NCBI GenBank assembly: GCA_902539295.1
Contig: CACBIM010000004.1
Location: forward strand, 12,504 to 76,503
Direction: 5' to 3'
From: an uncultured SAR116 cluster alpha proteobacterium
GTDB lineage: Bacteria > Pseudomonadota > Alphaproteobacteria > Puniceispirillales > GCA-002684695
Length of the DNA stretch: 64,000 nucleotides
A program made the position numbers and the translations under genes. The notes below the pieces were generated by a model. It was not told where the DNA came from, made no database searches, and saw only the letters and a program-made list of their open reading frames with translations. This document shows, in pieces, positions 39,953 through 48,599 of the stretch (position 1 is the stretch's first letter; each line of letters opens with the position of its first letter).

Positions 39953-40540
39953 TTATTCTATATCCACCCTAATCATTACTTCATTCCGGCGTAAAAAAAA
40001 TGGTGTCATAGGCCCATTGTATGTAGCTTTAATTGGCTCTCCTATGGTTTTGACATTATCTTTTATTAAAAACTCTTGAAGTATCTTTGAATATTTTAAA
40101 AAATTATCATAACTTGATCTTCCTGAGTATTTAATAACAGCGTAAGGCCCACCTTTTATTGTAACCAGGTTTATATTTTCAGAATTTGGTTTTGGAGCAT
40201 TACTGTTAGAGTAAATTTCTGGTAAGAAAAAATTCATAACCTTGCCATTATCAATTTCATACTCAATTACAGGAGCTGTCATATCTATCTTAGATGATTT
40301 TTGGTTCGAACCAGAAATGTAATCAAATAAACGCATGAACGCCCTATCTGGGCCTGAGTTTTTGATAGTTTGAGCAACAAGTCTTTCTTTATACATTCTT
40401 ATTTCATAAGAATGTGTTTTATTTATTAAATCATATTGTGGTTCTTCAATCGCCATTACATTCACAGAAAAAATAATACTAACTATAAAAGTTACAGTTA
40501 AAGTTATTAATTTATAAAATATTTCATTAGGATATAACAT
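39953..40540 (-). CDS. SOUL heme-binding family protein, exported
   Basis: 195 aa. N-terminal TM/signal segment, then ..EEPQYDLI..YEIRMY.. and ..GGPYAVIKYSG.., typical of SOUL/HBP proteins. Confidence 0.7.
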   Translation of the reverse strand: MLYPNEIFYKLITLTVTFIVSIIFSVNVMAIEEPQYDLINKTHSYEIRMYKERLVAQTIKNSGPDRAFMRLFDYISGSNQKSSKIDMTAPVIEYEIDNGKVMNFFLPEIYSNSNAPKPNSENINLVTIKGGPYAVIKYSGRSSYDNFLKYSKILQEFLIKDNVKTIGEPIKATYNGPMTPFFLRRNEVMIRVDIE

Positions 40541-40570
40541 GTATAATTGTCGGAAATACTAAATATTAAA

Positions 40571-40640
40571 GTGGGCACGACAAGGTTCGAACTTGTGCCC
40601 TCCCTCTACTATGTCAATGTTGTAGTATACCATATAATTC
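40571..40640 (-). pseudogene. Decayed tRNA-Val 3' fragment (old att scar)
   Basis: GTGGGCACGACAAGGTTCGAACTTGTG (40571-40597) is identical to the acceptor/T-arm of the tRNA-Val at 55192. The following ~40 nt align only loosely (CTAC-TATGTCAATGT-TGTAGT against CTAC-GATGTCAACGT-AGT). Confidence 0.75.
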
Positions 40641-40902
40641 AATTATATTAAAAATAATTGTGTGGTTTTAGTGTGCTTCTTATATTTTGTTTGTTCACAA
40701 TATAGTTTTTTAACATTAAAGCTATCTCTTCATTCTTATAATTCAAAGTCTTAACATCCACTAAAAGAAAAAATTTACATCTTTTTCTTTGTTCAGCCGC
40801 TTTTATGCAATAAAGACGAATATAAATTATTTATATATATTTTTAAAGAAACTTTAAATCACTGTATTTGTTAAGATAAACAATTGCAATTATTTAAAAA
40901 TA

Positions 40903-40977
<75 letters not shown>

Positions 40978-41051
40978 CTCAAGCATTTCTGCCATTCCTA
41001 AAATTTATAACATACTTAAATAACTATGAAAAGACGTGTTTTTGAGCATTA

Positions 41052-41075
41052 GTGTGACTGAATTGTGACTGAATT
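41052..41075 (+). repeat. Tandem GTGACTGAATT motif; arm-type site candidate (int-distal end)
   Basis: GTGTGACTGAATTGTGACTGAATT. The first 20 nt match 55126-55145 at 19 of 20 positions. Confidence 0.7.
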
Positions 41076-41179
41076 AATTTTTCAAAAAAAATAAAGAATT
41101 TTAAAGTCATCAAATTGCCACTTTTATAAACAAAATCAAATCTATAAACATAATTCAAGGTTAATATATAAAATAACTT

Positions 41180-41908
41180 ATGGAGTGTTTTATTAGAAAG
41201 ATTTTAACTTTATGCCTTATACTGTTTACACTAAATAGTTGGGCTGGCACTTCTCAATTAATTGTTATTGATTGTCCAATCGGTGAGGGCAAAGCTGTTG
41301 GAAAAACTAGAACAAGTTATTCACAATTTAACACTGGTCTTGATTTTCTCCCAATAGGACCAGGTGCGTTTCCTGTTCCACCACCAGAATGTGAAGAAAA
41401 CGGTTTCTTTGTTTATAAGAAAAATTTTTCAAAAGATGAGGTTAAAAAATTAGAAAATTTCATTTTTTCAGACGATTATCAAAATCTGGTGAAGAATGAA
41501 AATGTATCGAGTTTTTTTAAACTAGCAAAAATCTATGAGTATATGGAATATCCAATCTTAGATTATTATGATCTTTATTTAGTTGACATATGGAAATTCG
41601 GAAAAGTTGAGAATTCAGAAGAATATAAAAAAACAGCAAACCAAATAATAAGTAAATATGAAAAAGTTATAGTAACAATTGGTTTATATCCTGATACCAG
41701 TAAACATTTGGTCTACATTAATTATCTTTTGGCTGAATTATATAGAAGGACAGGAGAATTTGAAAAAGCTGCAGAAAAAATTAAATGGGCATCAAAGAAT
41801 AATTATAATGATTTAGATGAGGAATTTATTGATTTTCAAAGATATCTTATAAACAAAAAAAATAGTAAATTTTATGTAATCAGACAAAGAAATGAAATCA
41901 TGAATTAA
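41180..41908 (+). CDS. Hypothetical exported protein
   Basis: 242 aa. Signal peptide MECFIRKILTLCLILFTLNSWAG and a TPR-like C-terminal helix pair (..YLLAELYRRTGEFEKAAEKIKWA..). Confidence 0.5.
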   Translation: MECFIRKILTLCLILFTLNSWAGTSQLIVIDCPIGEGKAVGKTRTSYSQFNTGLDFLPIGPGAFPVPPPECEENGFFVYKKNFSKDEVKKLENFIFSDDYQNLVKNENVSSFFKLAKIYEYMEYPILDYYDLYLVDIWKFGKVENSEEYKKTANQIISKYEKVIVTIGLYPDTSKHLVYINYLLAELYRRTGEFEKAAEKIKWASKNNYNDLDEEFIDFQRYLINKKNSKFYVIRQRNEIMN

Positions 41909-42003
41909 TTTTTTATCTATTTACCAAATACCACCAGTAAAAATAGTGAGACAAATATTGATATCAATTTAGTGATCTAAATTTCAAACACTAATTTCAA
42001 TAA

Positions 42004-43269
42004 TCACCAACCTAAAAATGATTTTGATTTAGTCATCATTAAAAGCCATCTATCATCGTGGCCATCGTGAAAAAAAGCATAAAATATCTGTGGTATATTA
42101 GCATATAAAAACAAATATCCTAAAGGTATGATTATTATATTTACAATAGAACCCAACTCATTATTAAAAAAACTTGGACTAAAAATCATCAATGAAAAAT
42201 TTTCAAAAATATTTAAATTTGATAAAAAGAGATACAGCGCAGCATATATAAACATCCACAAAATTAATTTTACAAAAGCGAGATTTCTTTCTCTTTTGGT
42301 GTACCCATATGTATAATGAGATTTAGAATTAATATTTAATTGTTTTGTTGTGAGATATATATTTTTAATTTCAAAAATTAAATATGGAGTCATTAACAAA
42401 ATAAATGTTAAAGGAAAAACTAAAAGAAGCACTTCAGAATAATAAATTTTAGGAAAAATTAATAAAGTTGATATACATAAAACTAACCCAAATAATAGAG
42501 AAAAGGGCCAGAAATTTGAATGAGTGTCATATGAAAAATTTTCATAGTCATCTAAACCAGAATATGGGTTTTGTGAAGGTACTAATTTATTAATCAAACC
42601 CAATAATAAAATGCTAGCTAATAATATAAATACCACTCCAATAGAAAATAGATAAATTACACTTGGGATTAAATAATATAATATAACTGGTAATATAAAA
42701 AATGAGACTAATATAATTCTTTTCTGTTTTTTGTTTAGACTGCCAGTTTTATAAGAGGAACTACTTTCATATGGTTTTTCCCCTTTTAAAATATTTGACA
42801 TACCATGAAAAGCCGCAATATGAGGGTTATTTTTTCTGAACTCTTCAGAAAATTGATTTCTTTCGATTGCTGATTGATATGCATACTTTTCAGCTCTTTT
42901 TATGATATCATCTTTTGCCTTTGATTCTGGATCTTTTTCGTCTAAATCAATTCCTAACTGCTTAGCTAGCGTATCTGCTAAGTTACAACCTTCATCTCTT
43001 GCCTCTCTCATCATGCGAAGGCCTAAATTTGTATCTTTAGCGTATAAGTCACCTGTATAAAGGTGAACACCTTTTGAAAATTTTCCATCTACGCTTCCAT
43101 ATTTTACAGCTATATCAAGAAATTCTCTAGCAACATCTCTATCTTGAGGCATGTTTGTGCCGGGGTCTGTTGAACAGGTAAAAACACGAAAAGCGGACTC
43201 GGCATTTCCTTCTTTGCCTTCTTTCTTATACCTTTCAAACATTTCAAAAGTTACATTAGAAACAACCAT
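42004..43269 (-). CDS. Hypothetical membrane protein with N-terminal Sel1-like repeat domain
   Basis: 421 aa. The soluble N-terminal ~190 aa has Sel1-like units (..AREFLDIAVKYGSVDGKFSKGVHLYTGD..). The C-terminal half has about 6 TM helices. Confidence 0.5.
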   Translation of the reverse strand: MVVSNVTFEMFERYKKEGKEGNAESAFRVFTCSTDPGTNMPQDRDVAREFLDIAVKYGSVDGKFSKGVHLYTGDLYAKDTNLGLRMMREARDEGCNLADTLAKQLGIDLDEKDPESKAKDDIIKRAEKYAYQSAIERNQFSEEFRKNNPHIAAFHGMSNILKGEKPYESSSSYKTGSLNKKQKRIILVSFFILPVILYYLIPSVIYLFSIGVVFILLASILLLGLINKLVPSQNPYSGLDDYENFSYDTHSNFWPFSLLFGLVLCISTLLIFPKIYYSEVLLLVFPLTFILLMTPYLIFEIKNIYLTTKQLNINSKSHYTYGYTKRERNLAFVKLILWMFIYAALYLFLSNLNIFENFSLMIFSPSFFNNELGSIVNIIIIPLGYLFLYANIPQIFYAFFHDGHDDRWLLMMTKSKSFLGW

Positions 43270-43413
43270 CTTTTACCTTCAAATTAAACAGTATATATAA
43301 ATATTATTTCTGTCTATTACCCATAATTATATCAAATTATATATTATATAAAGATTTAGTTAACTATATTTAATTTCTTTTACCAAATAGCACTTTAAAA
43401 TTTATAAATTACG

Positions 43414-43836
43414 TTAGAGAGCGTTAAAGGTTGTTATATCTAGATTATGCCTTACATAATCACAGACTGATCTTACCATGACTTCTATTGTTGTTTTTTT
43501 TTCAGTATAATGCCATTTTTCTGGTGGCTTAATTTCAAGAGCAATTCCTTTACCCATTGGCTCTTTGTGAAAAGACATATTCAAATCCTTGTAGCGAAAT
43601 AATTTACAATCTATTTGATGGAATACTTTTGAAGAGAAATATTGATTTTCTAATGGCTTCAAAAAATCTGTTACAGCCCAAAAAAAAACGAAATCATCCA
43701 CCTTTTTAATATTATCTAAATCGACATAAGTATTACCTGCTTTGTTTGTAACTACTTCAGTCCATTCTGCTAAGGAATTTTGATGGGGAATTAGGATTGA
43801 TAAAATTAAAAATAATAATAGAAAATTTCTATTCAT
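43414..43836 (-). CDS. Small exported protein (adhesin-E-like pattern, tentative)
   Basis: The ORF-track start at 43848 is TTG. The ATG at 43836 gives the signal peptide MNRNFLLLFLILSILIPHQNSLA. The mature part, ..WTEVVTNKAGNTYVDLDNIKKVDDFVFFW.., resembles surface-adhesin-E/DUF-type small beta proteins, by recollection only. Confidence 0.45.
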   Translation of the reverse strand: MNRNFLLLFLILSILIPHQNSLAEWTEVVTNKAGNTYVDLDNIKKVDDFVFFWAVTDFLKPLENQYFSSKVFHQIDCKLFRYKDLNMSFHKEPMGKGIALEIKPPEKWHYTEKKTTIEVMVRSVCDYVRHNLDITTFNAL

Positions 43837-43841
43837 ATTTA

Positions 43842-43931
43842 TTACCAAATAGCACTAATAAATAATAGTGAGATAAAGCTTAGAACTACAACAATAGAAA
43901 TGATAATGAGCCAGTAGGTTTTTTCGTTCAT
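43842..43931 (-). CDS. 29-aa single-TM peptide ORF (below ORF-track cutoff)
   Basis: Hand translation gives MNEKTYWLIIISIVVVLSFISLLFISAIW*. The ATG lies 1 nt after the stop of the upstream 132-aa ORF (TAAAATG). A paralogous sequence is found at 41921-41975. Confidence 0.35.
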   Translation of the reverse strand: MNEKTYWLIIISIVVVLSFISLLFISAIW

Positions 43932-43932
43932 T

Positions 43933-44331
43933 TTATTTTCTTAAATCAACTCTATCCTTCTCTTCTAACCAATCATCACCATCTATATTAATGATCTTTC
44001 CTCCAACAGAAATATATCCTCTTTCATATCCAACAAATGTTCTTGGTAAAACATTTGGATCTTCAGCAGTGCAGATAACCATAAAAGAATTACATCCTGA
44101 TTTAATCTGATCAACATGCCTTAATCTTTCTCTGTAGCCTGGATGACTTTGATTATTGATAAACTTTTCTTTGTGTGTCACACGATAAAAGTGCTTATCA
44201 TAAATGATAGCTAATTCATCTTTCCAAACACGCAGATAAATCTCACCTTTTGAGCTCTCAGCTCCCCATGACCATCTTTTATTTTTTAGTGGAGCGCCTA
44301 ATGAAGCAAATAAATTTGTTATGTTCTGCAT
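43933..44331 (-). CDS. Hypothetical cytoplasmic protein
   Basis: 132 aa (..KNKRWSWGAESSKGEIYLRVWKDE..). No signal peptide and no confident family. Confidence 0.45.
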   Translation of the reverse strand: MQNITNLFASLGAPLKNKRWSWGAESSKGEIYLRVWKDELAIIYDKHFYRVTHKEKFINNQSHPGYRERLRHVDQIKSGCNSFMVICTAEDPNVLPRTFVGYERGYISVGGKIINIDGDDWLEEKDRVDLRK

Positions 44332-44392
44332 TTTATTATTCTTCTAAAGAATAATCATAAAAAGTTATTTAAACAATCAAACAAATATTTTC

Positions 44393-46051
44393 TCAATAAA
44401 ATATTTGCAAATCGCGACTTAAATAAAAGCTATGGACTAAATCATTTATTCGTTCATCAATTAAAAAAGCCTGCCATTGGTTGATAGTAACGTAAGGATC
44501 AATTTTATGATACATAACTGAAGTTGAATATAAATAATCAAGCCAAAGTTCATGAACTTCATTAAATTCTTTTAAAGTAATTCTTGCTTCAGGGGGTAGC
44601 ATAATAAGTTTTTGGTTTTTGCCATCAAAAATATTGTTCGAGATTGTCTCAAACAGAACTTTTAAAATCATTTCTTTTGTTTCATGATCATATTCTCTAT
44701 AAAAATCTTTTTTCCCTGAAAGAAGTATTTCTATTCTATTAGTATATTGTTCTTTATGTTTCATAATTGATTTTGCAACCCAAGCACCATAACCAGTCCC
44801 ATAATGACTCTCTTCATTGATTGCTTTTTTATTAAAATATCTTTCAGCTTTTTCATAAGCTTCAACAATATATCGATGAATTATATAATCTGTTTCATAC
44901 CTAAAAGATTCTATCTTGTTGCTATTTTCATTATTGAATTTATCACTATCTCTTCCCGCACAGATAGTCGCCCCTAAACCACTTGTTACTACTTCACATA
45001 TATTAAAATGCATCGGTTTATTAGACTTCCATAATTTAAGGGTGTTTTCATATGCAGTTTCAATTGCAGTTTTAGAACCTCCCCCCATACAAATTAGTTG
45101 AAGAACAAGTTTATTATCATATTTACCTTCAAATTTTTTATTTGCGGCATCCTCAGCTAAATACCAATAAAAAAAAGGATCATAAGATTTTGGAATATTA
45201 ACTTTATTTTGAATTAAGAAGTTTTCTGTATCTAAAGGTTCTATTGTGGAACATTTATCATAAGTATCAAAAGTTATCTCTTTCCATTTCTTGATCCAGT
45301 CAGGAAAATCATTTGCATTTCCATAATGATAATTATTAATAGGTTTTTTCTCTGAAATAATTTCATGCTCTAATTTAAACTTTTCAGCAAGATCAGCCTG
45401 AAGAGTTACTTCAACAAATTTTGATTGTTTTGGATCAAATTCAACAAATACTTGAGTAGGATTATTCAATTGACCAACCCTTCTAAATTCAGCAATTCCA
45501 TTTTGATTTACATCACACCAAATGTTCCCTAATTCACCACTACTATCGTGATAACCAATGACTTCTTTTTTACCTACTGAAAGAAATGCTCCTTCACTTG
45601 AACTTAAATTACCTCCAAAATAACTAGATATGTAAATATCTCCGATACCGTCACCATCAAAATCAGCTTGCTTATTTTGTGTGTCACAATAGAAAAATCC
45701 TAGACCTAATTCAGAGTTTGACCACGAATTTGTTGTAAGAGGCTTTTCTTTCAAGAGCTTATAATCTTTTTTGTTATCACCCTCCTTATCGCCTATATAA
45801 TCAAACTCACTATTTTTATATAACCAGTCTTGATCCATAAAATTCTTTATCCAACTTGGTGCACCTAATACGTAGAAATCTGTCTCAGAGCCGCAGTTTT
45901 CAAATAGATAATATTGGTCATTTCCCATCCAACTTGATGTATATTCACTTACCCTTTCGGGGTCATATAGAGAACAGTCTATTTTTGTATTTGCAAATGA
46001 GGCTTTTAACGAAATAAAAGCAACTAGAAAATAAAATAATATTTTTATCAC
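44393..46051 (-). CDS. Large exported hypothetical protein with FG-GAP/VCBS-like segments
   Basis: 552 aa. Signal peptide MIKILFYFLVAFISLKASFA. DFDGDGIGDIYISSYFGG and CDVNQNGIAEF resemble FG-GAP calcium-binding loops. Confidence 0.5.
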   Translation of the reverse strand: MIKILFYFLVAFISLKASFANTKIDCSLYDPERVSEYTSSWMGNDQYYLFENCGSETDFYVLGAPSWIKNFMDQDWLYKNSEFDYIGDKEGDNKKDYKLLKEKPLTTNSWSNSELGLGFFYCDTQNKQADFDGDGIGDIYISSYFGGNLSSSEGAFLSVGKKEVIGYHDSSGELGNIWCDVNQNGIAEFRRVGQLNNPTQVFVEFDPKQSKFVEVTLQADLAEKFKLEHEIISEKKPINNYHYGNANDFPDWIKKWKEITFDTYDKCSTIEPLDTENFLIQNKVNIPKSYDPFFYWYLAEDAANKKFEGKYDNKLVLQLICMGGGSKTAIETAYENTLKLWKSNKPMHFNICEVVTSGLGATICAGRDSDKFNNENSNKIESFRYETDYIIHRYIVEAYEKAERYFNKKAINEESHYGTGYGAWVAKSIMKHKEQYTNRIEILLSGKKDFYREYDHETKEMILKVLFETISNNIFDGKNQKLIMLPPEARITLKEFNEVHELWLDYLYSTSVMYHKIDPYVTINQWQAFLIDERINDLVHSFYLSRDLQIFY

Positions 46052-46177
46052 ATAAACATTAATTAATAAATTTATGGCAAAAGTTTGGCTGAATTTGAGA
46101 AACTATCAAAGTAGATTAATATATGTTATCTTTTTTATTTTTACTAAATTTTTTTAAAGTTTAGGAAGGAGGTTATT

Positions 46178-47179
46178 TTGAAAAAACCTGAAACAATTAT
46201 TAAAAAACTTACTAAAGATTTTTCAACTGATGGCAATTTGAAAAAGTCAATGCAATTGGTTACTGCCGCTCTATGTTGTGTTGATGGTATTGTTGACCAA
46301 GCTGAAATTGATAAAGTAAATGAATTAGGAAAAAAATTTTTTAAAGACAAATACGATAAAAATGAATTTGAAACTTTAGTAAAAGGCTTTCTTTCCACAA
46401 TTGATTTTTCCTCAGAAAATGAAGAAATAGTTTCACAAAGAGAAAAAATAATTAATGTTACTGCAACAATAATGAAACAGTATGCTAAAAATAGCCTTGA
46501 TGACAAAATTGCGTATTATTCATTTCTATCAGAAGTTGCTCTTTCAGATGGAGAAATTCACGAAAAAGAATTAGACTTTTTAAATTTAGTTTCAGAATAT
46601 CTTGAAATAGAAGATCCTTTTGATCTAAAGAGCATTGCTTCAAATAAAAGCAACCCAAACAAAGTAATTTCAAGCATTCAAATTGAATCAGATGAAGCAA
46701 GGAATAATTCATCACAAGCTATTGGTATGTTAGCCAAGATGTTGACTGATTCTATGATACATAGTGGGCAAGTGCCTAAAGCAAGAGAAAGGGACTGTTT
46801 AAGAGTTGCTATAATGTCGATAGCAAAACACCCTACTCTTTCTGCAGATTTAGTGAGCAATGATGAAAGAAAAAGGGTTGCAGCATGCTTATTTTTTATG
46901 AGCGAAATTGAAAAGGAACTTGGACTTGGTCAACCAGGATCTCAATTCAGCTCGACAGTATATGCAGACACAAATGAGGAATTAGTGAAAAAGAAAAGGG
47001 CTGTAAATATTTATGCATCTTTAGGTCTGTTATGCATTTCTGGATTTCTTGGATCATTCGGATATGCAATATACCAATTTTTTACAAATGGTAATTTTTT
47101 AATCTGGATAATCATTGGTGTTATATTGTGGTTTTTACAAAGGTGGGTTGGTTCTAAACATGACGCTTTAACTGGATAA
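46178..47179 (+). CDS. TerB-like domain protein with C-terminal membrane anchor
   Basis: 333 aa. Two segments (..CCVDGIVDQAEIDKVNELG.. and ..ALSDGEIHEKELDFLNLV..) fit the TerB/DjlA-N DGxxxxxE pattern. The C-terminus has 2 TM helices. Confidence 0.5.
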   Translation: MKKPETIIKKLTKDFSTDGNLKKSMQLVTAALCCVDGIVDQAEIDKVNELGKKFFKDKYDKNEFETLVKGFLSTIDFSSENEEIVSQREKIINVTATIMKQYAKNSLDDKIAYYSFLSEVALSDGEIHEKELDFLNLVSEYLEIEDPFDLKSIASNKSNPNKVISSIQIESDEARNNSSQAIGMLAKMLTDSMIHSGQVPKARERDCLRVAIMSIAKHPTLSADLVSNDERKRVAACLFFMSEIEKELGLGQPGSQFSSTVYADTNEELVKKKRAVNIYASLGLLCISGFLGSFGYAIYQFFTNGNFLIWIIIGVILWFLQRWVGSKHDALTG

Positions 47180-47185
47180 AATTCT

Positions 47186-47446
47186 GTGGGATTAATATTT
47201 GTAATCTTAGAAGTTGCAATTGAAGCTGCAATAATTGTTACCGTTTCTCTAAGTTTAAGTAACAATTCATTTTGGATACATTCTTTGATTTGCGTAATCA
47301 TTTGTATTGTTAGTGGAATTTTAGGTTTATACAGAAACGAAGATAGAATGATGCCTGGTTCAGGAAACAGAAGATATTTTATGACTTTGGGTCACGCAAC
47401 AATATGGGCTTACTTTATTGGAATAATTATAATGTTTGCTTTTTAA
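47186..47446 (+). CDS. Small membrane protein
   Basis: 86 aa, GTG start 7 nt after the upstream stop, about 3 TM helices. Confidence 0.4.
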   Translation: MGLIFVILEVAIEAAIIVTVSLSLSNNSFWIHSLICVIICIVSGILGLYRNEDRMMPGSGNRRYFMTLGHATIWAYFIGIIIMFAF

Positions 47447-47468
47447 TTAATTTGGAGATTTATTGTAA

Positions 47469-48080
47469 TTATTTTGAGCTTAAGAAAACATACATTGGAA
47501 GAGTTAATATCATATTGCTAAATTCAAACTCACTATTTTTTTTTAAATCTTTAGCTATAAATCCAAATCCCATATTTATAGTTCTTAAAATAAGTAGATC
47601 TTTATCTAAAATATCATCAATATTTTGAGAAGAGGCTAACCTTTCAGTTAAATTAGATTTCCATGTAATTCTATCCATTTCATCATATCCAGTAAAACCC
47701 TCAGTCTTTATACCTTCTCCACTAAATTTTATAAACCTATTAGGTTTTATTAAATTTGAAATAGGAGTTATTCGGCTACCTCCTGTTTTCATTTTAACTA
47801 AATCATGTAAAAAAAGACTAGGTGTATTATTATTTCCTAAATCAATCCTAAAAGTTTGACCTGAAGGTCCTATTTCATTTTGATTCCAGCCTTCTTCATT
47901 AACCAAACATTCTTCTATATTTTTATAAGATAAAGTACTGATATCAAAGTTAGGGTTATCATTTTCTAGTTTACTCTGGGTACTAGATAAAGAAGAAAAA
48001 ATTGATTTTCTATAAAAAATCAATAATAATATAATACCTAAAATGAACCATTGCCAAATTCCAAATACACCTCCTGACAT
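47469..48080 (-). CDS. Hypothetical membrane-anchored protein
   Basis: 203 aa with an N-terminal TM helix (GIWQWFILGIILLLIFY) and no recognisable domain. Confidence 0.45.
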   Translation of the reverse strand: MSGGVFGIWQWFILGIILLLIFYRKSIFSSLSSTQSKLENDNPNFDISTLSYKNIEECLVNEEGWNQNEIGPSGQTFRIDLGNNNTPSLFLHDLVKMKTGGSRITPISNLIKPNRFIKFSGEGIKTEGFTGYDEMDRITWKSNLTERLASSQNIDDILDKDLLILRTINMGFGFIAKDLKKNSEFEFSNMILTLPMYVFLSSK

Positions 48081-48176
48081 AATTCTTCACCTCTTTTATA
48101 ATTATATAATTAGATCTTAAATTTACCATAAAATACAAAATTAACAATTTATTAATAACGGGTTATAATAAGTTAT

Positions 48177-48365
48177 ATGAGAAAATTTTCTATTGGCAAA
48201 ACTCGATCAACTTTATATAAGTCAGCTAAAATTCTTGGTGATATTAATGCCGTGAAAAGAGGTACTGTAGGCAGGCGATTAACTTATCGTTTTTCAGGTA
48301 AAATTAGTGCTAGAATTCTTTCAAAACTAATAAGAACAATTTCTAAGATTTTCAAACTAAATTAG
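48177..48365 (+). CDS. Small highly basic protein
   Basis: 62 aa, K/R-rich (..YKSAKILGDINAVKRGTVGRRLTYRFSGK..). The pattern recalls small basic ORFs common in phage and mobile-element genomes. TATAAT lies about 10 nt upstream of the ATG. Confidence 0.45.
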   Translation: MRKFSIGKTRSTLYKSAKILGDINAVKRGTVGRRLTYRFSGKISARILSKLIRTISKIFKLN

Positions 48366-48474
48366 TATATTGACTGTTCAATATTTGTTTTAAAATTTAA
48401 TTTCTTATCCATAAAAGTAATGTAATTGCATATTGACTAGTCTATTTAAGATATTGATTTTATTGTATTTATTA

Positions 48475-48503
48475 TTGACATTAGCAATTTAATTCTATAT
48501 ATT
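48475..48503 (+). promoter_or_regulatory. Near-consensus sigma-70 type promoter facing the GC-rich ORF-free block
   Basis: TTGACA (48475-48480), a 17-nt spacer, then TATATT (48498-48503). Confidence 0.5.
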
Positions 48504-48599
48504 TATATGTATTATTTAATCAAAAAATTATTGCTTCAATATGAAAAAATATAGGCACTGGAGCTCATAAGTATGCGATTATATAATTAGATAAATGGT

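Noticed and set aside
46144-47301. Minus-strand ORFs 46144..46506, 46485..46715, 46678..46860 and 47011..47301.
   Set aside because: They overlap the TerB-like gene and its small partner on the opposite strand and have no motifs. They are likely shadow ORFs in AT-rich DNA.
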